A stretch of 60,643 bases of DNA from an archaeon (GTDB lineage Archaea; Thermoplasmatota; Thermoplasmata; JAJSAE01): assembly GCA_024281315.1 (NCBI GenBank), contig JAJSAE010000060.1, positions 1 through 60,643 on the forward strand, given 5' to 3'. Both the position numbers and the translations under genes were made by a program. Below are positions 18,222 through 27,600 of the stretch, one piece after another; positions within the stretch are counted from its first letter, which is position 1, and each line of letters begins with the position of its first letter. The notes under the pieces are model-generated. The model was not told where the DNA came from. It searched no databases and saw only the letters and a program-made list of their open reading frames with translations.

Positions 18222-21200
18222 TTGCCGAATATGCAAGAAAGACCCCAAAAATGCCCTCTGTGCGGGGGTAACATAGACCCTTCTACGGGTATCTGTTCAG
18301 TCTGCGGTATCAAACTCCTTGACCGGCCGGAGCCGGAGAGAAAAGAGGAGCCATGGGAGATCTTTTTGAAGCTCCCCGGTGTGGACGAAGAATTTGCCCG
18401 TGCTCTTACCAAAGCGGGCTTCACCTCAATGAATGACCTGGCCCGTGGAAAGCTGGAGGATATTGAGAAGGCAATGGGCGTGGGCCGCAATATCGCGGAA
18501 CGGGTCCACGAGGAGGCGAAGAGTCAGGCCATATTCCTATGTAGCAACTGCGGTGCATTCTTGAGTCCCGATGCCACCGTCTGCCCGTTCTGCGGTGCGA
18601 CTATATATTCGGATGACGATGAAGGTATTGAAGAGGAAGAATCTGACGAAAATGAGAGGGAGGAAAAGGCGGCCGACGAAGGTTTCGGGAGTTCCCTTTA
18701 TCTGTGTCCGTCCTGCGGCGCTTTCATAAGCCCGGATTCATCTTCGTGCCCCCACTGCGGAGCGATTTTCGAGGGAGAAGAAGACCTTTCCGGAGGGGAG
18801 AAGGAGGAGGAAAAGCCCTCTAGTATAGAAGACAGTGATGATTTCGAGGAATTTGACGAAATGGAGCCAGAGAATACGGCCCAAGAGGCAATCGCTCCAT
18901 CTCCGGAAGAAATCAGGAAGGTGCGGGAGGATGAGGATAAGATAAATCGGGAGCTCCTTGAGAAACTACGGACTTTCGAAGAGGCAGAGGGGCCATCGGA
19001 AAAGGATGCCATAACCGAAGAGGACATTTCTCTTCTCTCGGAGATAGACAAAACACCCGGGCCCGCCCATGCTGTTCCTCTCGGTGACGGACTTGTTATA
19101 TGCGGAAACTGCGGTGCAATTATCCCGTCCGGGGAACTCTTCTGCCCGAAATGTGGTATAGAACTCATATACGGAGAAAAAGCCCCTGCTGAAGCAGGAC
19201 CCGGAAGCGATGAAATAATGCGTTTCTTCGGGGTGGAAGGAGCGGATCTCAGCCGTTATAAGTCTCATGAACCCGAGTCGGGAGCGCTTTATATATGCAG
19301 CAATTGCGGCGCATTCTATCCCGAGGAAGCGGAGCAATGTCCGGTGTGCGGCATTCTCGTCAGCGAGATGGAGAGAAAAATACCTAACTACGAGGAAATG
19401 CTCTCTTTTGACATATTCCCCAGAGAACAGGGGGTTTCCATCTGTGATGTCTGCGGTGCCTTTGTGCCTCTTGACAGGGAAAAATGTCCGGTATGCAGTG
19501 CGGCCATGGACGAGCATCGATACATTCCAGCCGCAATTCCGGCTACCGGTGACGATTACGAGGCGGATGTGGAGCGTTTCTTCGGTCCGCTCAGGGAGCT
19601 CATGCAAGAGGATAAGAAAGAAGAGGAACAGGAGCTCTACATCTGCAGGGTCTGCGGTGCCTTTATGGCAAAAGATGCGGCGGAATGCTCGGTCTGCGGT
19701 GCTAAATACGGTAAAGAGGGAGGAGATTTCAACACATGTCCGCTCTGTGGTGCAAAGGTTCCGGTGAACATGACCGTATGCCCCATCTGTCACACCCATA
19801 TCGGGGCCGAGATTGCGGAGGAGGGAGTGGAAGAACTGGAAATTCTCGAACAAATCGGAGAGAATGAGCCGGGACCGGAAGTTAACGAGGTTATCGGCAG
19901 CGATGTCATTGATCGCTTTATGAAAAGCGTGGAGGAGGGGGGAGATTTCTTCGCCGACAGCAGACCAGAGACTGCCGCAGCTCCGGAAGACCTTCTGGTA
20001 TTCTCCGAAGACGAAGGGAAAGAGGAAAAAGAGGGAGTTACAAATACTGAGGCGGAAGGCGAGGAGTTTGAAGAATTGAACTGGGAGGACATAGTCGAAG
20101 AACTGGATATGCTGGAATCCATCAAGGAAGGGGGCGAAACGGAAGGTATAGAGTCCCAATCGGCAGACAAGGTTAATATGGGCGAGCAGGGAGACTCCGG
20201 AGAGTATTTGAAGGGTACTGCGGAAGAAGAGGAAAACGCGCCCGCCCCACCCGACTCCACCCCAAAGCCAGTAGAAGACTTCCTTATTTACGAAGAAACG
20301 GAAGATATCGAAAGCGAAGACGAGGATTTCGAATCATTGGCCCCTGACAAAGCCGACTTAGCCGGATTTGAAGAAGCCTCGGAGGAAGAAATTTCTGAAA
20401 TATTAGAGGATTTTGACGATGTTCTCATCGGTGGGGATAGAGAGTTGGAAACTGATGCGATTATTGAAGAAGAGGAAAAGAAAGACGAAGAACTCCTTTC
20501 AGATGCAGAAGAGACCGAATACCCTGAATCTCTGGATGAGAGAGAAACGGGTGCGTTCGTACCTGCCGAACCGGAAGAGCCGATAGATATTGTTTACGAA
20601 GATGAGTTTGACACGGAGAAAGAGGCCGGGATTGAGAGGGCTGATGATGTAATTTATGAGGAGGCGGAAGAGTTAGAGGAAGAGAAAGAATATGAAGGAG
20701 AGGTGGAATACGGCACTGATGAATTAGAGCCGGAGGAGGATAATGAAGAATATGAGGAGACGGTAAAATCCCTCCAGAAGGCCGCCGCTCTGAAAAGTAG
20801 CGCAGGCCCGCAACACCCCCACCATCCGAGCAAAACATCAATGCAGATAAGGAAGAGGGGGGCTGATGATGGAATACGAAGAAAAACAGTAAAAAAACGA
20901 GGGCGCTCCGGCAGAGAATACATGAATGCAAGAGAGGGGCTGCTCTTTGTCTCTCTCCTCCCCAGTATAATTCTTCTCTTTATCTATGACTTACTTCCCC
21001 ATAACTACCTCCTCTATCTGTCCATTGCTCTGTTCTTCTCCGCCCTTACGGTGATAGGAATCCTACTAATTCTCGTCCCGGGAGAGAGAGCGCGGCCAAC
21101 ATGGATGTATACGGCGGTGTTCATCTCAAGCGGCATCCTCGCATCCGTCTTTGTCCTTAAGTGGTATCTTGTCTCGAATTCCGGCTCATACGGTATTATA

Positions 21201-21986
21201 GATACGCTTATCACACTAGCCGCAGGAGGCCTCGGAATCTACGGAGGTTCGAGAGTTATGGGGAGGGGTTATTTCCTCGCATGGCTTCTCGGCTCGTTCT
21301 TTATGACTCTGTTCGCCTTCATGCACCTATTTATCGGCCCATGGGATGCTCTGACCATTAAAATCGTGGGCGGTCTTGGTCTTGCCTACATGATGGGGGG
21401 CGGCATTCTTTTGGTAAAGTTGAAATGGGAAGAACTGCTGATGCACAGCACACTGAAAAGTGGAGACGACAGTTATCTGGAAAAAGATTACGGCCGTGCC
21501 GTCAGAGCCTATGAAAAGGTGATTCACATGTCCGACCCAGATAATAATCCGGATTATGATATTCCCTGGTACAGCAAAGGGGCGGCCCTCATATCTCTGG
21601 GCAGATTCGAAGAGGCCATAGAATGTCTGGATAAGGCCATTGAGATCAACCCGCTGAACGAGGTCACATGGAACAACAAAGGAAACGCTTTCTCCCGCCT
21701 CGGCCGGCACAAGGATGCCATCGACTGCTATGATCGGGCTCTTAAGATAAATCCGAACTACGAGGTGGCTTGGAACAATAAGGGGAATGCCTATGCCAGA
21801 ATCGGAAGACTGGAGGATGCACTCAAGTGCTACGACCGCGCAATCTTCATAAATGATGATTATAGGGAGGCATGGATAAACAAGGGCTATGTCCTCGTGA
21901 AACTCGGAATGTACGATGAGGCGGTGAAGTGTGCCAATCGGATAATACCCGACAGATTGAGAAACCGTCAAACAGTCAATGCATGA
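18222..21986 (+). CDS. Large multidomain protein: 8 zinc ribbons + HhH + ~450-aa acidic low-complexity region + ~6 TM helices + C-terminal TPR repeats
   Basis: 1254-aa ORF. Repeated CxxCG-x(9-12)-CPxCG units; EDxE-rich middle; hydrophobic block about aa 900-1040; TPR-like WYSKGAAL / WNNKGNAF / WNNKGNAY / WINKGYVL repeats. TTG at 18222 or ATG at 18231. Confidence 0.75.
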   Translation: MPNMQERPQKCPLCGGNIDPSTGICSVCGIKLLDRPEPERKEEPWEIFLKLPGVDEEFARALTKAGFTSMNDLARGKLEDIEKAMGVGRNIAERVHEEAKSQAIFLCSNCGAFLSPDATVCPFCGATIYSDDDEGIEEEESDENEREEKAADEGFGSSLYLCPSCGAFISPDSSSCPHCGAIFEGEEDLSGGEKEEEKPSSIEDSDDFEEFDEMEPENTAQEAIAPSPEEIRKVREDEDKINRELLEKLRTFEEAEGPSEKDAITEEDISLLSEIDKTPGPAHAVPLGDGLVICGNCGAIIPSGELFCPKCGIELIYGEKAPAEAGPGSDEIMRFFGVEGADLSRYKSHEPESGALYICSNCGAFYPEEAEQCPVCGILVSEMERKIPNYEEMLSFDIFPREQGVSICDVCGAFVPLDREKCPVCSAAMDEHRYIPAAIPATGDDYEADVERFFGPLRELMQEDKKEEEQELYICRVCGAFMAKDAAECSVCGAKYGKEGGDFNTCPLCGAKVPVNMTVCPICHTHIGAEIAEEGVEELEILEQIGENEPGPEVNEVIGSDVIDRFMKSVEEGGDFFADSRPETAAAPEDLLVFSEDEGKEEKEGVTNTEAEGEEFEELNWEDIVEELDMLESIKEGGETEGIESQSADKVNMGEQGDSGEYLKGTAEEEENAPAPPDSTPKPVEDFLIYEETEDIESEDEDFESLAPDKADLAGFEEASEEEISEILEDFDDVLIGGDRELETDAIIEEEEKKDEELLSDAEETEYPESLDERETGAFVPAEPEEPIDIVYEDEFDTEKEAGIERADDVIYEEAEELEEEKEYEGEVEYGTDELEPEEDNEEYEETVKSLQKAAALKSSAGPQHPHHPSKTSMQIRKRGADDGIRRKTVKKRGRSGREYMNAREGLLFVSLLPSIILLFIYDLLPHNYLLYLSIALFFSALTVIGILLILVPGERARPTWMYTAVFISSGILASVFVLKWYLVSNSGSYGIIDTLITLAAGGLGIYGGSRVMGRGYFLAWLLGSFFMTLFAFMHLFIGPWDALTIKIVGGLGLAYMMGGGILLVKLKWEELLMHSTLKSGDDSYLEKDYGRAVRAYEKVIHMSDPDNNPDYDIPWYSKGAALISLGRFEEAIECLDKAIEINPLNEVTWNNKGNAFSRLGRHKDAIDCYDRALKINPNYEVAWNNKGNAYARIGRLEDALKCYDRAIFINDDYREAWINKGYVLVKLGMYDEAVKCANRIIPDRLRNRQTVNA

Positions 21987-22866
21987 GCGAAAAAGCCTTT
22001 TAATCCTCCTGCTATCACCCGCCATGTTCCATGCATACTATCCCGGTACATCCTTTCCGTCCGTGTCGGTAACGGGAACCGCCTGCTCCCTTAACTGCAA
22101 GCACTGCAATGCCCACTATCTGGAAGGAATGCATCCTGCCCCTACACCTGAAAAACTGATTGACTTCGCGGTGAAACTGGAAAAATCAGGTGCAAAAGGC
22201 TTTCTTCTGAGTGGGGGGTCGGATATGGATGGGGTTGTTCCTTTGGGACCATATGCAGGAGCAATTAAGCGGATAAAGGAGGAAACCAAGCTCATAATAA
22301 ACGCCCATATCGGTTTTGCAGGAAGAGAGGAGATAAAGGAACTTGTCTCCGCTGGAATCGATGTTTTTTCGGTGGATATTGTGGGAGATGACTCCACGAT
22401 AAAGAGGGTGTACGGGCTTGACAGGACCGTGACGCACTATATCTCTCTCCTGAATGACCTTGAGGAATTCGGTGCGGTTGTTGCCCCCCATATAACGGCA
22501 GGCCTTGATTTCGGGGAGATTAAAGGGGAATATAACGCAGTGGACATGATTTCCGGTTATAACCTTCAAACTCTTGTTTTCCTCTCGCTTATTCCCACCA
22601 GAGGCACGGCCATGGAGCAGGTTCCTCCGCTATCGGAAAAAGACTTCCTTTCCGTCCTGAAATATGCGACGGAGCGTTTTATGGGAGATGTTCTGGTGGG
22701 GTGTATGAGGCCGCGGCATCGGAAGGAATGGGAGATTAAGGCGGTGGAATCGGGCATAAGAGGCATGGTTATCCCGGCAGCGTCCACTCTTGCTTTTCTT
22801 CGTGATACGGGTATGGAGGTAAAGACACACGATCACTGCTGTGCCCTTAGAGCGATTGGCCTCTGA
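21979..22866 (+). CDS. Radical SAM protein (biotin-synthase-related small type)
   Basis: 295 aa with a CSLNCKHC (Cx3Cx2C) cluster motif and GGSD. The ATG overlaps the upstream gene by 8 nt. Confidence 0.7.
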   Translation: MHERKSLLILLLSPAMFHAYYPGTSFPSVSVTGTACSLNCKHCNAHYLEGMHPAPTPEKLIDFAVKLEKSGAKGFLLSGGSDMDGVVPLGPYAGAIKRIKEETKLIINAHIGFAGREEIKELVSAGIDVFSVDIVGDDSTIKRVYGLDRTVTHYISLLNDLEEFGAVVAPHITAGLDFGEIKGEYNAVDMISGYNLQTLVFLSLIPTRGTAMEQVPPLSEKDFLSVLKYATERFMGDVLVGCMRPRHRKEWEIKAVESGIRGMVIPAASTLAFLRDTGMEVKTHDHCCALRAIGL

Positions 22867-22873
22867 TACGCAC

Positions 22874-23728
22874 TCATGTATAAATGGACCCTTCCTTATA
22901 CTTATTCTTTATCGGAATCAGATATGCGATTGCTCCTGCGTTGAATATGATGAACAGCATTGAGATAAGGGGTATGTAGAACACAAATGTATCCGACATG
23001 TGCATTCTTATGGTGTAATGCACGGTTGCCGACTGATTGCCCTCGTTATCCACCACGATATAATAAAGATTATGAGGTATGGCATCTGTCTCCCACAGAA
23101 GATGTGAGCCAGCGCCGGTTATGCTTCCGCTAAATACAGATATATCGTCCAGAGTCCCTGTTCCTGTGAGATAGAAGTTTTCGTAATTCTCTTTGCTAAC
23201 GATATAGACCTCTACCGGTGCATTCGAGCTTATCTCTACCTGATTCACATATGTGAGACCGATGTGGTCCTTTGTGTAGAACTCATACATGCCCCCCACG
23301 ACATTCCCCTGGTGCTCGGTCTGCTCGGTTATGTAGTTGGGCAGAAACGGTGTCCAGATAAGCATTACCACAAGTGCCGCCACAAGCATTATCAGGAAGG
23401 ATCTCTTAATCGTCTTCTTTGCTATGAGATATTTCTTGCTGTTGCTCTTAACATACCTTATCTCAAGAAGGCGGAAAAAGAAGGCCTCAAGCCCAATAAC
23501 AAAAAGCATCAGCACGGCGAAGTAGATAAAGGAATCAACCGGCACATATAACGGATTAATGCTGGCCCCCATCACATCCAGCATAAATAGAGAGACACCT
23601 ATTATGATAGCAATCTCCATGAGATATGTGGCCAATCTCATTCTAAGTATTCTGTGGAGCCTGTAGCCCCCTTCCAGTTTATCCTCTGCTCTTACCATAC
23701 TACCGAGAATATATTGCTTCCGTTGCAC
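22874..23728 (-). CDS. Hypothetical membrane protein
   Basis: 284 aa with 3 N-terminal TM segments, a probable extracytoplasmic beta-rich domain and a C-terminal TM segment. Confidence 0.5.
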   Translation of the reverse strand: MQRKQYILGSMVRAEDKLEGGYRLHRILRMRLATYLMEIAIIIGVSLFMLDVMGASINPLYVPVDSFIYFAVLMLFVIGLEAFFFRLLEIRYVKSNSKKYLIAKKTIKRSFLIMLVAALVVMLIWTPFLPNYITEQTEHQGNVVGGMYEFYTKDHIGLTYVNQVEISSNAPVEVYIVSKENYENFYLTGTGTLDDISVFSGSITGAGSHLLWETDAIPHNLYYIVVDNEGNQSATVHYTIRMHMSDTFVFYIPLISMLFIIFNAGAIAYLIPIKNKYKEGSIYT

Positions 23729-23806
23729 TTATAGTTTTCTGTTATATGAGATGGCTGTCGAGAAATCGGGCGGAAGTTTTATATGCTCCAACAATACTCC
23801 GCTATT

Positions 23807-24025
23807 ATGAAGATATACCTGAAGATACAGTTCAGCAGTGAAGGGCCGTCCCCTCTGGATATCATAAAAAAGGTGGAAGAAGCCGGCTTCAAGCCGGTCG
23901 TTGGCGACTACGACTTTGCCACCCAGTTCGAGAACCCGGAGGACTATGGAGAGAAGGTAGAAACGCTCCATCATGCTCTCAGAGGAACAAAGGTCCAATA
24001 CACCCTGAACACCAAAAAGGACTAA
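23807..24025 (+). CDS. Small hypothetical protein (~72 aa), paralogous to the N-domain of the 32194-32652 protein
   Basis: MKIYLKIQFSSEG...GDYDF...LHHALRGTKVQY aligns with MIKTYIKLQFDSNG...GDFDF...IHLALKGTGVQY. The ORF track starts at 23783; the internal ATG at 23807 is preferred from the alignment. Confidence 0.55.
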   Translation: MKIYLKIQFSSEGPSPLDIIKKVEEAGFKPVVGDYDFATQFENPEDYGEKVETLHHALRGTKVQYTLNTKKD

Positions 24026-24741
24026 AAACGGCCTTCCGTGCACTCCTTTATTATACGCTCGTGGTCGAACGCCAGTTTTATTCCCCCAATCCCCGACAGG
24101 GGAACCAGCTTTATCTCCGAAGCGTCATCTCCCGGAGCAGGTGCAATATCCTCCGATACGGGCCTGAGAAGATAGGCCGCCGATACGGTTCTCCCTCTCG
24201 GATCCCTGTCAATATCCGAGAAGACACCGATAAGGGCCTCAATTCTGCAAATGAGGGCCGTCTCCTCTTTAACTTCCCTCAAAACACACTCTTCCAGCGT
24301 TTCTCCTTCCTCCAGAAAACCTCCGGGAAGGGCATACATACCCCTATACGGCTCATTCTTTCTCTTTATCAGAACCACATTCTCTCCCACAAGAATAACG
24401 GCATCCGCCGCAACATCAATTCTTCCGTATTTCAGGGTCTTTTCCATCCCTTCACGGGCCTTTTCATACTCGGCAAGTAGGTTTCCGGCCAGTGTCGTGA
24501 GAGATGTACTTCCCCCCCTGCTCCCCCCTCTCTCCGAGACCACCAGAGGTTCTCCGGCCGATTCGTTCATCTCCCTTATAACGCCCCACGCATGGCGGTA
24601 GGACATTCCCATCTCCTCGGCCGCCTTTCTCAGTGAGCCGGTTTCCGCAATAAGATTCAAAAGCCTTGCCCTCCCGTCTCCAAAGATGACTCTGCCGTCC
24701 CTCTCGACCCACATGCGGAATCTCTTCGTATAATCTGACAT
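24022..24741 (-). CDS. ModE-N-type HTH domain fused to a NUDIX hydrolase
   Basis: 239 aa. N-terminus is ModE-like (GDGRARLLNLIAETGSLRKAAEEMGMSYRHAW). C-terminus has a Nudix box (GGFLEEGETLEECVLREVKEETAL). Confidence 0.75.
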   Translation of the reverse strand: MSDYTKRFRMWVERDGRVIFGDGRARLLNLIAETGSLRKAAEEMGMSYRHAWGVIREMNESAGEPLVVSERGGSRGGSTSLTTLAGNLLAEYEKAREGMEKTLKYGRIDVAADAVILVGENVVLIKRKNEPYRGMYALPGGFLEEGETLEECVLREVKEETALICRIEALIGVFSDIDRDPRGRTVSAAYLLRPVSEDIAPAPGDDASEIKLVPLSGIGGIKLAFDHERIIKECTEGRF

Positions 24742-24795
24742 CTGCGCCTCCTGATTGTTCGCTTTAAATGTTAAAGGGTTTGGATGAAAAATGAT

Positions 24796-26511
24796 TTACT
24801 TCAGCATGGGCATCCAGATGCCCTTTTCCTTTGCTGTTCTTATCGCTATGTCATAGCCTGCGTCAGCGTGTCTCACCACACCGGAGCCCGGGTCATTGCT
24901 GAGAACCCTGAGGATTCTCCTCTCCGCCGTATCCGTTCCGTCGGCAACAACAACAAGACCGGCATGAATGGAGTAGCCAATCCCCACCCCCCCGCCGTGA
25001 TGTACCGATACCCATGTGGCACCGGATGCCGTGCTGAGCAGTGCATTCAGGATGGGCCAGTCCGCTATGGCATCGCTTCCGTCCTTCATGTCTTCCGTTT
25101 CCCTGTACGGAGAGGCAACGGAGCCAGTATCGTGGTGATCCCTTCCTATTACTATCGGGGCCTCCACCTCTCCATCTCTTACCAAGTCATTGAAAGCCTT
25201 GCCGGCTCTCGCCCTCTCGCCGAAATTGAGCCAGAGGATTCTGCTGGGAAGCCCCTGGAATTTCACCTTTTCCTCGGCCTCGTCCAGCCAGTGAAGGACA
25301 TGCTTATTCTCCGGGAATAACTCCCTTATTTTGTCATCCGTCTTCTTTATGTCGTCGGGATTGCCTGAAAGCGCGGCCCATCGGAACGGCCCGCTTCCCT
25401 CGGAGAATAGGGGGCGTATGTACTCCGGAACATAGCCCGGAACCTCGAAAGCATCGGCGTATCCCGCCCTCTTGGCCTGTGCCCTTATGTTGTTGCCGTA
25501 ATCGAAGGCCTTGGAGCCCATTCTTTTAAGGTTCACCATGGCCTCCACATGAATCTTTATGGATTCCAGCGCCTCCCTGTCGTATCTCTTCGGGTCGCTG
25601 CTCCGGAGAGCGTCGGCTTCTTCTATGGTATATCCTCTCGGCACATAGCCGGTTCTTATATCGTGGGCCGCAGTCTGGTCTGTAACCACATCGGGAACTA
25701 TTCCCTTTTTCACAAGTTCCGGATACACATCCGCGGCATTGGCCCACAGCCCGATTGACAGCGTTTTTCCCTCTGCCAGCGCCTCGTCCTTCATCCTGAG
25801 GGCTTCATCAAGGCTGTCTGTCCAGGTATCCAGATACTTTCCCTCGATTCTCCTCTCAATGGCCCATTTATTCACTTCCACGATTAGTGCAACACCGTTA
25901 TTCATCGTGATGGCAAGGGGCTGGGCACCCCCCATCTCTCCGAGACCGGAACTCAGGACCCATTTGCCGGAAAGGTCGTGCTGGCCGAACTCCTTCGTCG
26001 CAAGGGCACCGAGTGTCTCGTAGGTTCCCTGAAGAATGCCCTGTGTTCCTATATAAATCCATGAGCCTGCGGTCATCTGACCGTACATTATTAGCCCCCG
26101 TTCCTCAAGTTCTCTGAAATAATCCCAGTTCGCCCACTTCGGGACAAGCATGGAATTTACTATCAGAACTCTGGGGGCATCCGGATGGGTTTTAAACACG
26201 GCCACCGGTTTTCCCGATTGAACGAGAAGGGTGTCGTCATCATCCATCCTTTTCAGCGTCGCAACTATGGCATCGTAGGACTCCCAGTTTCTTGCCGCCT
26301 TTCCCGAACCACCGTAGACGATAAGATTCGCAGGGTCTTTGGCCACCTCCGGGTCCAGATTGTTCATCAGCATTCTCATTGGAGCCTCTGTGAGCCAGCT
26401 CTTGCATGTCAATTCAATTCCTCTGGGTGCTCTGATTGTCCTCAAACTATCACCGGGAAGGAGATAATGAGGTAACAGATAAAGTTTGCTTCCGTCCTGC
26501 ACAAACTTCAT
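24796..26511 (-). CDS. hutU: Urocanate hydratase
   Basis: 571 aa with IRAPRG...[16 protein letters not shown]...IVYGG.GKAARNW and further urocanase-typical blocks. Start uncertain: only 24 nt separate it from the divergent pelota start. Confidence 0.9.
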   Translation of the reverse strand: MKFVQDGSKLYLLPHYLLPGDSLRTIRAPRGIELTCKSWLTEAPMRMLMNNLDPEVAKDPANLIVYGGSGKAARNWESYDAIVATLKRMDDDDTLLVQSGKPVAVFKTHPDAPRVLIVNSMLVPKWANWDYFRELEERGLIMYGQMTAGSWIYIGTQGILQGTYETLGALATKEFGQHDLSGKWVLSSGLGEMGGAQPLAITMNNGVALIVEVNKWAIERRIEGKYLDTWTDSLDEALRMKDEALAEGKTLSIGLWANAADVYPELVKKGIVPDVVTDQTAAHDIRTGYVPRGYTIEEADALRSSDPKRYDREALESIKIHVEAMVNLKRMGSKAFDYGNNIRAQAKRAGYADAFEVPGYVPEYIRPLFSEGSGPFRWAALSGNPDDIKKTDDKIRELFPENKHVLHWLDEAEEKVKFQGLPSRILWLNFGERARAGKAFNDLVRDGEVEAPIVIGRDHHDTGSVASPYRETEDMKDGSDAIADWPILNALLSTASGATWVSVHHGGGVGIGYSIHAGLVVVADGTDTAERRILRVLSNDPGSGVVRHADAGYDIAIRTAKEKGIWMPMLK

Positions 26512-26535
26512 TTATGAAAAGACCCATGCCCCATC

Positions 26536-27564
26536 GTGAAAATCCTGAAGAAAGACGAAAAAACAGGCACAATTCGTTTGAGAGTGGAAACGGATGACGA
26601 CCTCTGGCATCTTTATAATATTGTCAGAGAAGGAGATGTAGTCCACGCCCTCACAGAAAGGAGAGAAGAGACGGCCTCCGACAAAATACGGAGCGAAAGG
26701 GGGGAGAAGAAGAAGATGGTGCTGGGCATACAGGTGGAAAAGGCGGAGTTTCACAAGTTTTCCGATAGGTTGAGGATTCTGGGCGTTATCGTTGACGGGC
26801 CGCAGGATCTCGGCTCCCATCACACGCTGAACATCGAGAAAGGGGATGCCCTGAGCATAACCAAAGAGTTGTGGAAAACACACGAACTCGAAAGACTGAG
26901 AGATGCTGTGCATGGCGCAAACCGGCCTGCGGTTATATTCGTATCCCTCGAGGATGACGAGGCGGTTGTTGCGCTCCTTTATCAGTATGGCATAAAGGAG
27001 ATGGCGGGAATGAGAAGGTCCGGCGGGAAGATGTATGCATCCGGCGGAAAGGAGGATTACTACCGGGATATTGCCGATACCGTGAACCGACTGGCCCCGG
27101 AAAGCCCGATTATCCTCTGCGGCCCAGGATTCGCAAGGGAAGAACTCCTCTCCATTTTTAAGGAAAAATATCCGTCTCTGGCAAAAAGAACGAGAACGGT
27201 GGGCACAGGACAGGCAGGAATGGCGGGCATCCGTGAGATTATGAAAAACGGACTCTTACAGGACATTCTCCAGCAGAACCAGATGAACAGAGATATGCGG
27301 CTGGTTGAAGAATTGATGAAGAGAATCGGCATGAACGGGGCTGCGGCCTACGGTATGAACGAGGTCAGGGATGCCATTGAAGCTGGAGCCGTAGAAACCC
27401 TTCTCGTTCTGGACAGTGCTGTCAGGGACCATAATGCGGAGGAAATGATGAAAAAGGCGGAGGAAGGGGGGGGGAGGATTGCAATCATCTCCGGCACCCA
27501 TGACGGAGGAAAGATGCTGGAATCCCTTGGAGGCATTGCCGCTCTGCTGAGGTATAAGATGTAA
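26536..27564 (+). CDS. pelA: Pelota (mRNA surveillance / ribosome rescue factor)
   Basis: 342 aa with a GTG start. (M)KILKKDEKTGTIRLRVETDDDLWHLYNIV is typical of archaeal Pelota. Confidence 0.9.
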   Translation: MKILKKDEKTGTIRLRVETDDDLWHLYNIVREGDVVHALTERREETASDKIRSERGEKKKMVLGIQVEKAEFHKFSDRLRILGVIVDGPQDLGSHHTLNIEKGDALSITKELWKTHELERLRDAVHGANRPAVIFVSLEDDEAVVALLYQYGIKEMAGMRRSGGKMYASGGKEDYYRDIADTVNRLAPESPIILCGPGFAREELLSIFKEKYPSLAKRTRTVGTGQAGMAGIREIMKNGLLQDILQQNQMNRDMRLVEELMKRIGMNGAAAYGMNEVRDAIEAGAVETLLVLDSAVRDHNAEEMMKKAEEGGGRIAIISGTHDGGKMLESLGGIAALLRYKM

Positions 27565-27600
27565 CACCCGGAGAGGCGGGAGGCGGTCAATCTTTTATTA

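Noticed and set aside
18698-22025. Long minus-strand ORFs (18698-19168, 18966-20159, 19790-20260, 20461-20931, 21327-22025) and plus-strand 19267-19767
   Set aside because: They are shadow frames of the 1254-aa gene. The repetitive GAA/GAG-rich coding strand keeps alternative frames open. No motifs were seen.
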